From positions 1-64,000 of the IMG/VR virus record IMGVR_UViG_3300020577_013934: 64,000 nt of DNA; one strand, given 5' to 3'. The translations under genes were made by a program, and so were the position numbers. The stretch comes from a virus. Taxonomy: Duplodnaviria; Caudoviricetes. Position 1 is the first letter of the stretch, and every line of letters begins with the position of its first letter. A model generated the notes under the pieces. The model did not search any database and was not told where the DNA came from. It was given only the letters and a program-made list of their open reading frames with translations. This document shows positions 26,952-35,930 of this stretch, piece after piece.

Positions 26952-26954
26952 TGG

Positions 26955-27150
26955 AGTTGGGCCGGTCTCTCCCGGCTGTCACCCCGCCGATCACAGTTCC
27001 CTGGGGTTGGGACGTCTACGCGGATCAGTCGCGCTAACGGGGTTGTAGGCCCACTCTCCCGCTTCGGTTGTCGTCGAGACGGTGTCGCGCGAGGGGGGAT
27101 CGCGCGTGTCCGCCACGGGCCACTGACAAGAGTGGGTCCACGCTACCCGG
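26955..27150 (-). ncRNA. Candidate structured non-coding RNA
   Basis: About 200-nt intergenic stretch with long-range stem CCCACTCT/AGAGTGGG, hairpin CGCGCGA/TCGCGCG and terminal GCCGG-GAGAGA-CCGGC hairpin. Confidence 0.4.
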
Positions 27151-27164
27151 CGTTCTTTACGGCG

Positions 27165-27989
27165 TCAAGCCACCGGCGTGCGCTGGTGGTAGCCGTAGTC
27201 GATGCGCTGGGCGATCTTCTTTGGGTCGAAGTCGAGCGGGTCGTCCATCCACGCGATCTCCGGCGCGTGCACGCGCACCGCGACCCCAGCGAGGTCTGCC
27301 GACCGGAGGTCGTTGACGTAGACCTCGTCGCTCAGGATACCCGCCGCGCGCAGCCCGATGTCGATCGCGCTGCGCCCCTTCTGCACGTCCCACTCGGCCA
27401 CGTCGCCCCGCAGCGGCGAGGTCAGCACGACGTCGACCTCGGTGGCGCCGGCCTTCACGGCGTCGAGGATCGGCGTGACGTTGCGCACGCCGCCGTCGAC
27501 CCACAGGTCCCCGTCGATGTACGACGGCCGGAACGCGACCGGGAACGCCGCGCTCGCCATGACCCACTCGGCGAGTCGGTCGTCGCGCTCGGTGATCGTG
27601 CGGTAGTGGCCCGTCTTGAGGCTGACGGCGCCGAGGCGCAGCCGCACGCCGGAGCGGCGGATGACGACCTCGCTCATCGCGCCTTCGACCAGCGCGCGCA
27701 GCGGCGCGGTGTCGTACATCGCGCCCTGCCACAGCAGCGCGAGCGCGCCCATGGTCCAGCCGGTGTAGATCGACCGGTTGCCGGTGATGCGGCGCCAGAA
27801 CGCCTCCAGCGTCATGGCCCCCGCGCGCTGGGTTTGCACACTGAAGTGCGCCATATGTGCAGCGTTGATCGCGCCGACCGAGACGCCCGCGATCACGTCC
27901 CATCGACCACCTTGCTCGGTGAGTCGCTTCAGCACACCGACTTGGTACGCGCCGCGCGCGCCGCCACCTGAGAGCACGAGAGCTTTCAT
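27165..27989 (-). CDS. Patatin-like phospholipase
   Basis: LSGGGARG, GVSVG nucleophile elbow, DGG motif. Confidence 0.92.
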   Translation of the reverse strand: MKALVLSGGGARGAYQVGVLKRLTEQGGRWDVIAGVSVGAINAAHMAHFSVQTQRAGAMTLEAFWRRITGNRSIYTGWTMGALALLWQGAMYDTAPLRALVEGAMSEVVIRRSGVRLRLGAVSLKTGHYRTITERDDRLAEWVMASAAFPVAFRPSYIDGDLWVDGGVRNVTPILDAVKAGATEVDVVLTSPLRGDVAEWDVQKGRSAIDIGLRAAGILSDEVYVNDLRSADLAGVAVRVHAPEIAWMDDPLDFDPKKIAQRIDYGYHQRTPVA

Positions 27990-28026
27990 GTTGAAAAGCG
28001 TAATCGACGGCAGCTACCTTTTCGAC

Positions 28027-28635
28027 ATGCTCGCATCTCACGTGCTTGTTTTGCTCGCGGAGCTCACCGTGCAGACGATCGGAGGCTGGTTGGCCGCCGT
28101 GCTCGTCGGTGGCGGCGGACTCTGGATTCTTTTTTTGCTCATGGTCCGAGGGTTTTGGGACAAGACCGGGAAGCCGGCGATCAAGGACTTGATCGTGGCC
28201 CTGCACGCGGAGCCGGAGTATGTGAAAAAACAAAGAGAGGAGATACAGAGCGTGATTCAAACGTGGCATAACGAGCCTGAGCAGCTCAAGGTGCGTATTG
28301 AGTTCGTAAAGGGCGTTATCGACAATGAGGTTCGCCGGGACGACGGCGTGATTCATAGAGATATCACGACTAAGGTCACAGCTCTGGAGGCGGCTCTTGC
28401 CAAGAAAATCGATGATATGGCCGTCAAGTTTGACCACTTTCAGGAGTCGCAAGAGCAGCGAGACAAAGAAAACCGTGAGTTCAGCACGCAGGTACTTGCG
28501 AAACTTGCGCGCATTGAGGGCGCATTTCAAACAATGACGAACCGGAGACTTGGTGGCACCGGTGAGAGCTACACGAGTCTGCCCGCGCAGCGTCCGTCGA
28601 AGCCCGGCAGTAGTGGTTCGTCCTCGGAGGGTTGA
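28027..28635 (+). CDS. Single-TM membrane protein with long coiled coil (holin/spanin-like candidate)
   Basis: Hydrophobic GGWLAAVLVGGGGLWILFLLMV then charged helix; TACCTT 6 nt upstream. Confidence 0.7.
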   Translation: MLASHVLVLLAELTVQTIGGWLAAVLVGGGGLWILFLLMVRGFWDKTGKPAIKDLIVALHAEPEYVKKQREEIQSVIQTWHNEPEQLKVRIEFVKGVIDNEVRRDDGVIHRDITTKVTALEAALAKKIDDMAVKFDHFQESQEQRDKENREFSTQVLAKLARIEGAFQTMTNRRLGGTGESYTSLPAQRPSKPGSSGSSSEG

Positions 28636-28676
28636 GTACGTCTTTTAGTTTGTTGACTAGCTACAATCCTTTCAAG

Positions 28677-29471
28677 ATGTACCCGAGCGCTGGTCAAAAG
28701 TTTCTTATCCAGTACGCGGTGTCCGGGACTGGAGCCTTCAACGGCTCCGAGTATGGGCGCGCGCGACTCACGGTCGATCCGGGCCTCGGGCCCAACGCGA
28801 TCGTCTACTTCGCGTCGAAGCTCTACGGCACTCCGTCCAACGCGCTGACGGTGGAGTACGTCGATGCGGGCGCGGGCGTGACTGTCATTGCGACCACCGT
28901 TACGCAGGTCGGCTCGGCGATCCGTGTGCTGCTTCGGCGCAGCGCTGTCGCGATCCTCGCGACCGCCGCCGAAGTCGCCAACGCGGTCAACGCCTTTACC
29001 GCGTACAGTTCGCCGGGCTTTGCCGTTGCAGCGCGCGCCGGAGGCACTGGCGCCTCCGTCGTCGCGGCGATCGGACCGCTGACCTTCACCGGCGGCGCCG
29101 ACCCTACGCGCATCGGGTCGCAGTTTCTTTGGACTCCGCCGGTCAACGTCAATGCGGGCTTCGTGCAACTGGAGAACCCGTTCCCGATGTGGATTCTTGG
29201 TTTCTCCGCGCGCTTCAGTGTGCTGCTGCCGGGACCCTTCACAGTGACCCTCCAGCGCGTCCGCCTGGAGGCGGACCTGACGCCGATCCTCGCTGAGGCG
29301 GTCAACCTCTTTGTTTTCAATGGCTTGACGCCTAGTGCCGTTGATATTGCATACACTGACGTCAAGCAGCTGATTCACCCCGGCCAGGGCATCCTGGTGG
29401 CCACGAGCGCGCCGCTCGCGGGCTTCTTCAACATCGACGTGATGCGGGCGGCCGAGTTCCCGTACGCTTGA
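28677..29471 (+). CDS. Putative virion structural protein, paralog of 23869-24639
   Basis: Shared motifs with the paralog; TACAAT 9 nt upstream. Confidence 0.75.
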   Translation: MYPSAGQKFLIQYAVSGTGAFNGSEYGRARLTVDPGLGPNAIVYFASKLYGTPSNALTVEYVDAGAGVTVIATTVTQVGSAIRVLLRRSAVAILATAAEVANAVNAFTAYSSPGFAVAARAGGTGASVVAAIGPLTFTGGADPTRIGSQFLWTPPVNVNAGFVQLENPFPMWILGFSARFSVLLPGPFTVTLQRVRLEADLTPILAEAVNLFVFNGLTPSAVDIAYTDVKQLIHPGQGILVATSAPLAGFFNIDVMRAAEFPYA

Positions 29472-29476
29472 GGACC

Positions 29477-29926
29477 ATGAACTCCTACGAGTACCTCCTG
29501 AAGTCCGCCAACGAACAGCTCGGTTACGCGGCGCAGCCGCCGACGTCGACCCTCACGCGCTCCGGCGGCCCCGGCGCGCCTGCGCTGCCGCCCGCGCCAT
29601 CTGTTGCGCCGACGACATCCGCGCCGCCGCCGTCCCCGTCGTCCAAGATCGGGGGCCTGCTCGACGATGTCGAGACGGCGCTGCGCCGTCGCCGCCTCCT
29701 ACGCGCCGCGCAGGACTCCGCGCTCGCGAGCGCGGCGCCCGCCGCTGAGCGCTACCGCGCCGCGCGCAACACCGCACTCAAGGGCGTCGGGTTACACAGC
29801 CTGGGCCTCGGGCTCGGCGGTCTCGCGCTCTACGGCGCCGGGCGGCATCTGATGAACCGAGCGGCGCCTTCCGCGCCGGCCCACCAGCCATCGTCCGAGG
29901 ACTTCGTGGGCTCGTACGGCGGGTAG
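29477..29926 (+). CDS. K-x-A / glycine-zipper putative internal virion protein
   Basis: LLKSANE; GLGLGGLALYGAG. Confidence 0.75.
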   Translation: MNSYEYLLKSANEQLGYAAQPPTSTLTRSGGPGAPALPPAPSVAPTTSAPPPSPSSKIGGLLDDVETALRRRRLLRAAQDSALASAAPAAERYRAARNTALKGVGLHSLGLGLGGLALYGAGRHLMNRAAPSAPAHQPSSEDFVGSYGG

Positions 29927-29937
29927 TACCCTTGGGT

Positions 29938-30426
29938 ATGCCCGTCATTGGCTACCCCGTCACCTCCACCATCCCCACGCGCGCCGAGGTGCGGCGTTTC
30001 ATGCGCGACTACCCCGGTCCCGTGAAGGACACGGGGGTGCTGAACGTGCTGCTCGACAACGTCGAGTTCTCGGACACCGACATCGACGCGGCGCTCGTCA
30101 ACGCGGTCGACTTGTACAACGTCATGACGCCCATGACGACGCTAAGCATGGCGGCGATCCCGCGCCCGTTGATTCTCTACGGCGCGATCTCGCACCTGAT
30201 GCTCTCTGAGGGCATGCGCCAGTTGCGCAACCAAGCCACTGTGCAGGACGGTAACGTCCAACCCATCGGCATCGACGACAAGCAGGCGCTCTACCAGCAG
30301 TGGGCCGACTGGATGCGCAACCAATTCCTGACGATGACCCGCGCCGTGAAGACGCAGCGCAACATGGAGGCGGCGTGGGGCGGCCTCAGCTCCGGCTACC
30401 TCAATACGACGCGCAGCCACGGCTGA
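29938..30426 (+). CDS. Putative head-tail connector/neck protein
   Basis: EFSDTDIDAAL..AVDLYN..TP and LRNQ..DG motifs; TACCCT 5 nt upstream. Confidence 0.6.
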   Translation: MPVIGYPVTSTIPTRAEVRRFMRDYPGPVKDTGVLNVLLDNVEFSDTDIDAALVNAVDLYNVMTPMTTLSMAAIPRPLILYGAISHLMLSEGMRQLRNQATVQDGNVQPIGIDDKQALYQQWADWMRNQFLTMTRAVKTQRNMEAAWGGLSSGYLNTTRSHG

Positions 30427-30458
30427 AACTTGTCGTAGTTTACCGTACGCGGTAAACT
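30427..30458 (+). promoter_or_regulatory. Promoter TTGTCG-17-TAAACT overlapped by palindrome AGTTTACCG-TACG-CGGTAAACT
   Basis: 6 nt to ATG 30465; palindrome matches 23181-23200. Confidence 0.75.
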
Positions 30459-30464
30459 GCCTCC

Positions 30465-31136
30465 ATGCCTGAACTTGTCTACGACGAAAACGCGCTGACC
30501 CTCACGGCGTACCCCGACGCCGACGTCGACCTGCACACCAAGGTCATCCTGCTGCACGGCGCGACGGCGGCTGTGCACCACGCGGGCGCGTGGGCCTCCG
30601 GCGTCGCGCCCGGCATCTGGTCCGTCGGCGGCACCGCCGACCGCCTCGCGCGCAAGGGCTTCGAGGTCTTCGTGCCCGAGGCCGAGGAGGGCGCGGGCCG
30701 CCCCGGCGACTGGCTCGCGCGCGCGTGCGACTGGGCCAACAAGGACGGCGGCCCCGCGACGGTCGTCGGCTTCTCGTTCGGCGGTTCCTCCGCCGTGCTG
30801 CTCGCGCGCCACGCGCAGGACACGACGACCGACCGGCAGTTTCCGTCGGTCGCGCTCGGCCCGCTCTACCTGCTCGACCCGGCGCTGCGCAGCCTCGCGG
30901 TCGGCGCGGCGCTGGAGGGCCTCGACTGGAACATGCAGGTGCTCTTCGCCGCGAGCTACCGCACGCGCGGTCGGGGCAAGTTCGCGAGCCACCCGCGCGC
31001 CAAGGTGACGCGCGTCCCGGACACGGCGCACCGCCACTTCGCTCAGCCGCTCGGCCTCCCGGGCGACCTTTACGCCGTTGCCGACCCCGGCGTCTACCGC
31101 GCGCACCGCGCGCTGGAGCAAGCCCTGGGCGTATAA
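30465..31136 (+). CDS. Alpha/beta hydrolase
   Basis: ILLHG, GFSFGG nucleophile elbow, LLDP. Confidence 0.75.
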   Translation: MPELVYDENALTLTAYPDADVDLHTKVILLHGATAAVHHAGAWASGVAPGIWSVGGTADRLARKGFEVFVPEAEEGAGRPGDWLARACDWANKDGGPATVVGFSFGGSSAVLLARHAQDTTTDRQFPSVALGPLYLLDPALRSLAVGAALEGLDWNMQVLFAASYRTRGRGKFASHPRAKVTRVPDTAHRHFAQPLGLPGDLYAVADPGVYRAHRALEQALGV

Positions 31137-31146
31137 TCGTCTCGTC

Positions 31147-32544
31147 ATGCCCGACGAGACGACTCCGCCGCCCGCCGATCCGCCTTCGCCTTCGCCGTGG
31201 CGGGGGCGCGTCCCGCTGCTCCTCGCCGCGCTCGCGGCGACGGGTGCCGGCGCGGGCGCCTACCGCCACCTCCGGCGCCGCCGCCTCAGCACCGACCCCG
31301 CGCTGCGCGCGCTCCAGGAGCAGTCCGGGGGCAAGTTCACGCGCGTGCTCGCGGGCAGCGGCGAGGAGCGCGGGCGCGTCGGTCGCTTCCTCGACCGCCT
31401 GCTCGAAGCCGGCGGCGGCAACGTCGCGTACGAGAAGGACCTCAAGGCGCTCAAGAACCGCCTGGGCGAGAAGCCGCAGATCGCGGGCGCGCTCATGCAC
31501 CGCAAGCGCACCGGCTCGGCCTACGCGACGGGCGACGTGAACCTCGCGTCCAACCAAGCCGCGAAGGACATCCACGAGAAGCTCAAGAACGACAAGTGGC
31601 GCGAGTACAAGCTGATCGAGAAGACGACGCCGGGCGCGATGGGGCGCAGCGCGAACGTCAAGCACATCCTCGCCGACATGGGCTACGCCGAGATGCCGAC
31701 CGACCCGGCCGCCCGCGCCGAGATGCTCGACAAGCTCCAGGCCAAGCTGCGCGCCGACTACGGCAAGGGCTTCCTGCTCAAGGACACGCGCTCGGCCGAG
31801 ACCGGCGGCGCGTTCCCCACCGAGAAGCACGACTTCAAGGACCTGCTCGACCGCTGGACCAACTCCGGCTACCACGGCGAGAAGGCGCGCATCATGGAGG
31901 AGGGGCAGCTCGGGCGCCTCGGCTCGGCGAACCGCAAGGCGCTCAAGTCGAAGTACTTCGACACGTACTCGGGACGCGTCATCGAGAAGCTGCTCAACAA
32001 GCCCGGCCTCGTCATGGTCCAGGAGAAGCTGCCGCTGGAGGCGGGCTCGCCGCTCGGACAGCTGGTCGGCAAGCTCAAGGGCAACCCGTCGACCAAGGAG
32101 ATGCGCGTCCACGTCATCAACGGCGCCGTCGTGCCGCACGCCACCGTGCCGCGCTTCGACCCGGCGATGATCGCCACCGGGCGGCACCACATGCGCGGCG
32201 CCGAGGACGCGGCGCGCGAGATCGTGGGCAACCTCCCCAAGAAGTACCAGGGCGCGACCTTCGCCATGGACATCGCGCCGGTGCGCAACCCCGCCACGGG
32301 CGCGACCGAGTACAAGACGATCGAGACCAACCCCTCCGGCGTCAGCGGCATGCTGCACGCCAAGAACAACCCCCTCGCGGGCGTCGGGCTGCACCGCGCC
32401 TTCACCGGGCGCCACAGCCGCCCCGTGGCGGCGCTCGGCGGCGGCCTCGCGGGCGCGCTGGCCGGCGCAGGCACGTACGGCGCCGCGCGCGCCGCGACGC
32501 GTCCCGGTGCGCCTGCCGAGGCGCCCGAGCAGGAGACCGCGTGA
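31147..32544 (+). CDS. ATP-grasp (RimK-like) domain protein with hydrophobic Gly-rich termini
   Basis: FLLK, VQEKL, EMRVHVING, AMDI, IETNPSGVSG; TATAAT 9 nt upstream. Confidence 0.7.
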   Translation: MPDETTPPPADPPSPSPWRGRVPLLLAALAATGAGAGAYRHLRRRRLSTDPALRALQEQSGGKFTRVLAGSGEERGRVGRFLDRLLEAGGGNVAYEKDLKALKNRLGEKPQIAGALMHRKRTGSAYATGDVNLASNQAAKDIHEKLKNDKWREYKLIEKTTPGAMGRSANVKHILADMGYAEMPTDPAARAEMLDKLQAKLRADYGKGFLLKDTRSAETGGAFPTEKHDFKDLLDRWTNSGYHGEKARIMEEGQLGRLGSANRKALKSKYFDTYSGRVIEKLLNKPGLVMVQEKLPLEAGSPLGQLVGKLKGNPSTKEMRVHVINGAVVPHATVPRFDPAMIATGRHHMRGAEDAAREIVGNLPKKYQGATFAMDIAPVRNPATGATEYKTIETNPSGVSGMLHAKNNPLAGVGLHRAFTGRHSRPVAALGGGLAGALAGAGTYGAARAATRPGAPAEAPEQETA

Positions 32545-33323
32545 TGGCTTTACCGCGTAAGACGTTCGGCGGAACGACGTTCATCATCGACCGCCCCAAG
32601 GGCACCGTGAAGGTCTGGCCGCAGCCCGACGGCGGCGAGAAGCGCTTCGTCTACCCGTGCGACTACGGGTACTTCCCGCGCCTCAAGGGCGAGGACGGCG
32701 AGGGCCTCGACGCGTTCGTCGGCGACGACCCGGCCGGCCACTACGAGGCGTTCCAGAAGCTCAAGCCGCGCGACGGCGGCGGCATGGAGCTCGACGAGAC
32801 GAAGTTCCTCGTGGGGGTCTCCGACGCGGAGCGCGAGGCGATCTACCGCCTCTACGGCGACGAGACCCACGCGCGACGCGTCTTCCGCGACATGGCGCAC
32901 CTGCGCGACGCGCTGGAGAAGTTCGAGCCGAAGAAGAAGGAGCGATACGTGAAGACGGCACAGCTGGCGACCCTCAACGGCGTGACGCGCAGCCTCGACG
33001 GCTGGGCGCGCCACTTCGCCGACCGCATCAAGCGCGCGGCCCTCGCCGAGCGCGGGCTGGTCGCGGCGGCGCGCAAGGAGGCGGCGCTCAAGACCGTGCT
33101 CGCGCGCTACAAGCTCAGCGACCTCAAGCGCGCCGACATCGACAAGCTGATCCGGGGCCACGTCGTCGCGATGCCCAACACCGGGCGCCAGACGCCGGCC
33201 GAGGAGGCGTCGATCGCCGACCGCCTGACGCGCGTCTTCGACCGCGCCGACGCCAAGACGCAGCCCACCGGCGAGGAGTCTTCGATCGGGCAGACGCCCC
33301 TCGAAGGCAGCGTGTCGCTGTGA
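32544..33323 (+). CDS. Inorganic-pyrophosphatase-like (InPase) domain plus K-x-A tail
   Basis: IDRPKG, YPCDYGY, DGEGLDAFVG, DETKFLVG. Confidence 0.75.
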   Translation: MALPRKTFGGTTFIIDRPKGTVKVWPQPDGGEKRFVYPCDYGYFPRLKGEDGEGLDAFVGDDPAGHYEAFQKLKPRDGGGMELDETKFLVGVSDAEREAIYRLYGDETHARRVFRDMAHLRDALEKFEPKKKERYVKTAQLATLNGVTRSLDGWARHFADRIKRAALAERGLVAAARKEAALKTVLARYKLSDLKRADIDKLIRGHVVAMPNTGRQTPAEEASIADRLTRVFDRADAKTQPTGEESSIGQTPLEGSVSL

Positions 33324-33625
33324 GCCTGGAGAAGCTCGCGCGGGCCCGCGCCGCGCGGCGCGTCGTGGACCTGTACCTGAAGACGGCGAGCCCCGAGCTG
33401 GTGCAGCGCGCGTTCCCCGCGCTCTCGGCGGCGTTCGATTCGTACAGCGCGGTCCGCGACCAGGAGCGGCAGGCCGCGCTCGCCCGCCAGTTCTCCGCGT
33501 TCCCCGGCCTCATGGCCGAGTACACCATGTCCAACCAGGGCATGACGCCGAACACCAATCTTGGACAAGTTTCGGCCACCCCGTCGGGACACCATCATCG
33601 ACGGCACCGGCACCATTCGGGTTAG
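33320..33625 (+). CDS. K-x-A-motif small protein with His/Arg-rich C-terminus
   Basis: GTGA coupling; LEKLAR, YLKTAS; HHHRRHRHH. Confidence 0.7.
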   Translation: MSLEKLARARAARRVVDLYLKTASPELVQRAFPALSAAFDSYSAVRDQERQAALARQFSAFPGLMAEYTMSNQGMTPNTNLGQVSATPSGHHHRRHRHHSG

Positions 33626-33634
33626 ACTCCAGGT

Positions 33635-34039
33635 ATGCACGCCACCCCGTTCGACGTCTGCCTCCGCTGCCGCGAGACGCGCGTGGTGCCCGCGTTCAGC
33701 ACCACGCCGGTCGAGCCCCGCTGCGCCTGCGGCGGCCCCGGCGCGCCCGCGCCCGGCGCCTCCGGCGTCGACTTCGAGCAAGCCGTCTCGGACGCCTACG
33801 CGGCGTTCGACGCGGAGTGCGCGGGCGAGGACCCCCGCCAGACGCTGCTGCGCATGCAGCACTTCGCGTCGAGCGCGGCGGTGGCGATGCTCGAAGGCAA
33901 CACCAAGCTCTACGTGTCGTGCCTCGTGAGCAACGCCGCGCTGTCGCGGCTGCTCACGGCGCGCGCCCTCACCCCCGACGAGACCGACGATGCCGACGCC
34001 GACGAACACGTGGCTGGCGCGCCTGCGCGCGATCCGTAA
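33635..34039 (+). CDS. Hypothetical protein with N-terminal zinc ribbon
   Basis: CLRC...CACG; TAGACT 6 nt upstream. Confidence 0.7.
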   Translation: MHATPFDVCLRCRETRVVPAFSTTPVEPRCACGGPGAPAPGASGVDFEQAVSDAYAAFDAECAGEDPRQTLLRMQHFASSAAVAMLEGNTKLYVSCLVSNAALSRLLTARALTPDETDDADADEHVAGAPARDP

Positions 34040-34253
34040 GGTCGCGGCCGAGTACGGCCTCGACGGCGACGCCCTCGCCACGATCGGCGAGGTCGCGCGC
34101 TCGCCCGCCCCCGAGCGCTCGCTCGATCGGCGGCGCGAGCGCCAGAACCAGCGGGACAGCATCACCCAGGCGTTCGCCTCGAACGCGGCGATGGACCGGG
34201 TCGTTCCTTCCCACACGCCCGAACCTGGGGTAGTTCATAGGCATGTCGGATGA
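33990..34253 (+). CDS. Small K-x-A-motif protein
   Basis: IRKVAAEYGL; GC3 bias. Confidence 0.6.
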   Translation: MPTPTNTWLARLRAIRKVAAEYGLDGDALATIGEVARSPAPERSLDRRRERQNQRDSITQAFASNAAMDRVVPSHTPEPGVVHRHVG

Positions 34254-34641
34254 GCTCAAGCCGGGTGTTTTTTTCGACCTGTACGGCGTAATTACTGATG
34301 CCGGAGGCAATCTCAAGACGTACGCGCCCGTACTTGTGCAGGTTCTCGTTGTCGAGACCAATTTCGTTTTGGTTGAATATGTTACTCAAACTTCGGACTA
34401 TGGCGATCGTCTACGTCGTTGGGTTGCTCGCGTGCTCTTCCACGAGCGCGACGACAAGCTCTTTGCGGTAGCGGCACACCTGATCGATCCGTCGTCAGTC
34501 GTAAGGCGCATGACCTCGGAGCGCGATGAGGTTCGCAATATGCAGGCGGCGACATATGCCCCGTATCTGACTCGTTATCTCGCTAGCGTTGAAAGCGCCC
34601 TGAATGATGCGCAGGCCGCTCTCGACGAGGAAGGCTGTTAA
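34243..34641 (+). CDS. Hypothetical protein (lower GC)
   Basis: 132 aa; coupled to tdk. Confidence 0.7.
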   Translation: MSDELKPGVFFDLYGVITDAGGNLKTYAPVLVQVLVVETNFVLVEYVTQTSDYGDRLRRWVARVLFHERDDKLFAVAAHLIDPSSVVRRMTSERDEVRNMQAATYAPYLTRYLASVESALNDAQAALDEEGC

Positions 34642-35213
34642 TGCCCGTCGGAAAACTCACTGTCGCGTGCGGCCCGATGTTCTCGGGCAAGACTGAGGAG
34701 CTATTGCGTCGCGTGCGGCGCGCGTTCCACGCCGACGTGGGCGTGCAGATCTTCTCGCCCTCGACCGACACGCGCCGCGAGGGCCGGCTGGTGTCGCATG
34801 CCGGGACTGACCTCGCCGACCTCCACGTGCCCTTCCAGGTCACGGTGATCGACCCGCACGAGGAGTTCGCCGCGCGCGTGCGCCCCAACGTCCGGTACGT
34901 CGCGCTCGACGAAGCGCAGTTCTTCGACCCCCCGGCCGTCGACGAGGTGCTCGCGCTGATCCACCGTGGGGTTTCGGTCTTCGCCTCGGGCCTCGACCGC
35001 GACTTTCGCGGCGTGCCCTTCGGCATCGTCCCAACGCTGCTCGCGCACGCCGACGAGGTCCTCAAGTTCACGGCGATCTGCGCGCACTGCAAGGGGGAGA
35101 ACGCGACGATGTCGCACCGCCTCGTGGCGAACGACGCGCAGGTCTACGTCGGGGCGCGCGACGTGTACGCGCCCCTCTGCCGTGACTGCTGGGTGAGCGC
35201 GACGCGGCGCTGA
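34641..35213 (+). CDS. tdk: Thymidine kinase
   Basis: GPMFSGKTEELL, DEAQF, GLDRDFRG.PF, CAHC...CRDC zinc site. Confidence 0.95.
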   Translation: MPVGKLTVACGPMFSGKTEELLRRVRRAFHADVGVQIFSPSTDTRREGRLVSHAGTDLADLHVPFQVTVIDPHEEFAARVRPNVRYVALDEAQFFDPPAVDEVLALIHRGVSVFASGLDRDFRGVPFGIVPTLLAHADEVLKFTAICAHCKGENATMSHRLVANDAQVYVGARDVYAPLCRDCWVSATRR

Positions 35214-35217
35214 GCGG

Positions 35218-35601
35218 CTACTCGAAGAGCCAGATCTCGCCGCGCGCACTCGCGGCCACCGTGATGTACAACGCGCTCGCCGGGGCGTTGAAGCGGAAGA
35301 GCATCATGATCGGTCGGTCGGACGGCGGCGGCGTGGGGTTCGCCGAGATCACCGTCGCGCCGTCGCCCGCGATGTTCCACGCGAGGCTGATCGAGCCTTC
35401 GTAGAGGAACACCAGGACGAAGCGCGGGTTGGTGACCGAGCCCGCCGGCACCGGCTGGTTCGCGACCGGCGTGTTGTAGTTGAACCCGTAGATGACCTTC
35501 TCGGTGTAGGTCATCTCGAAGCCCACGGGCACGGGCGACGGCTGGGCCCCCTCCGCGAGCTGGACGAGCAGGTTTCCCGTGAGCTTGATCGTGGACGACA
35601 T
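35218..35601 (-). CDS. Putative small structural protein
   Basis: Beta-rich 127 aa; TACACT 5 nt upstream. Confidence 0.75.
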   Translation of the reverse strand: MSSTIKLTGNLLVQLAEGAQPSPVPVGFEMTYTEKVIYGFNYNTPVANQPVPAGSVTNPRFVLVFLYEGSISLAWNIAGDGATVISANPTPPPSDRPIMMLFRFNAPASALYITVAASARGEIWLFE

Positions 35602-35629
35602 GCCTTAGTGTAGGGGGTGGAGGTTTCGC

Positions 35630-35926
35630 ATGGCGTTCAAGGCTCTCGTCCAGGACGGTACCGTCTATCTCGTGCCGGCGGCGTTGGACGTGCCGCCCGA
35701 GCGGCGCGACCAGCTGCGTCCGCTCGTCTTCGCCTCGGCGTGGGACAAGGTCCCGGTGAGCGCGGTCCCGCCCGTCGGCTCGTGCGCCGACGCGCCCGCA
35801 CCGCAGGTGCTTCCGGCGATCGAGGTGCCGGTCGAGGTGCCGGCCGAGGCGCCGACCCCGGCGCCCGCCGCCGACGTCTCGGCCTCGGCCGAGACCCCGC
35901 GCAGCGAACGCCGTAAAGCCCGCTGA
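35630..35926 (+). CDS. Hypothetical protein
   Basis: GGAGG SD. Confidence 0.65.
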   Translation: MAFKALVQDGTVYLVPAALDVPPERRDQLRPLVFASAWDKVPVSAVPPVGSCADAPAPQVLPAIEVPVEVPAEAPTPAPAADVSASAETPRSERRKAR

Positions 35927-35930
35927 GGGC

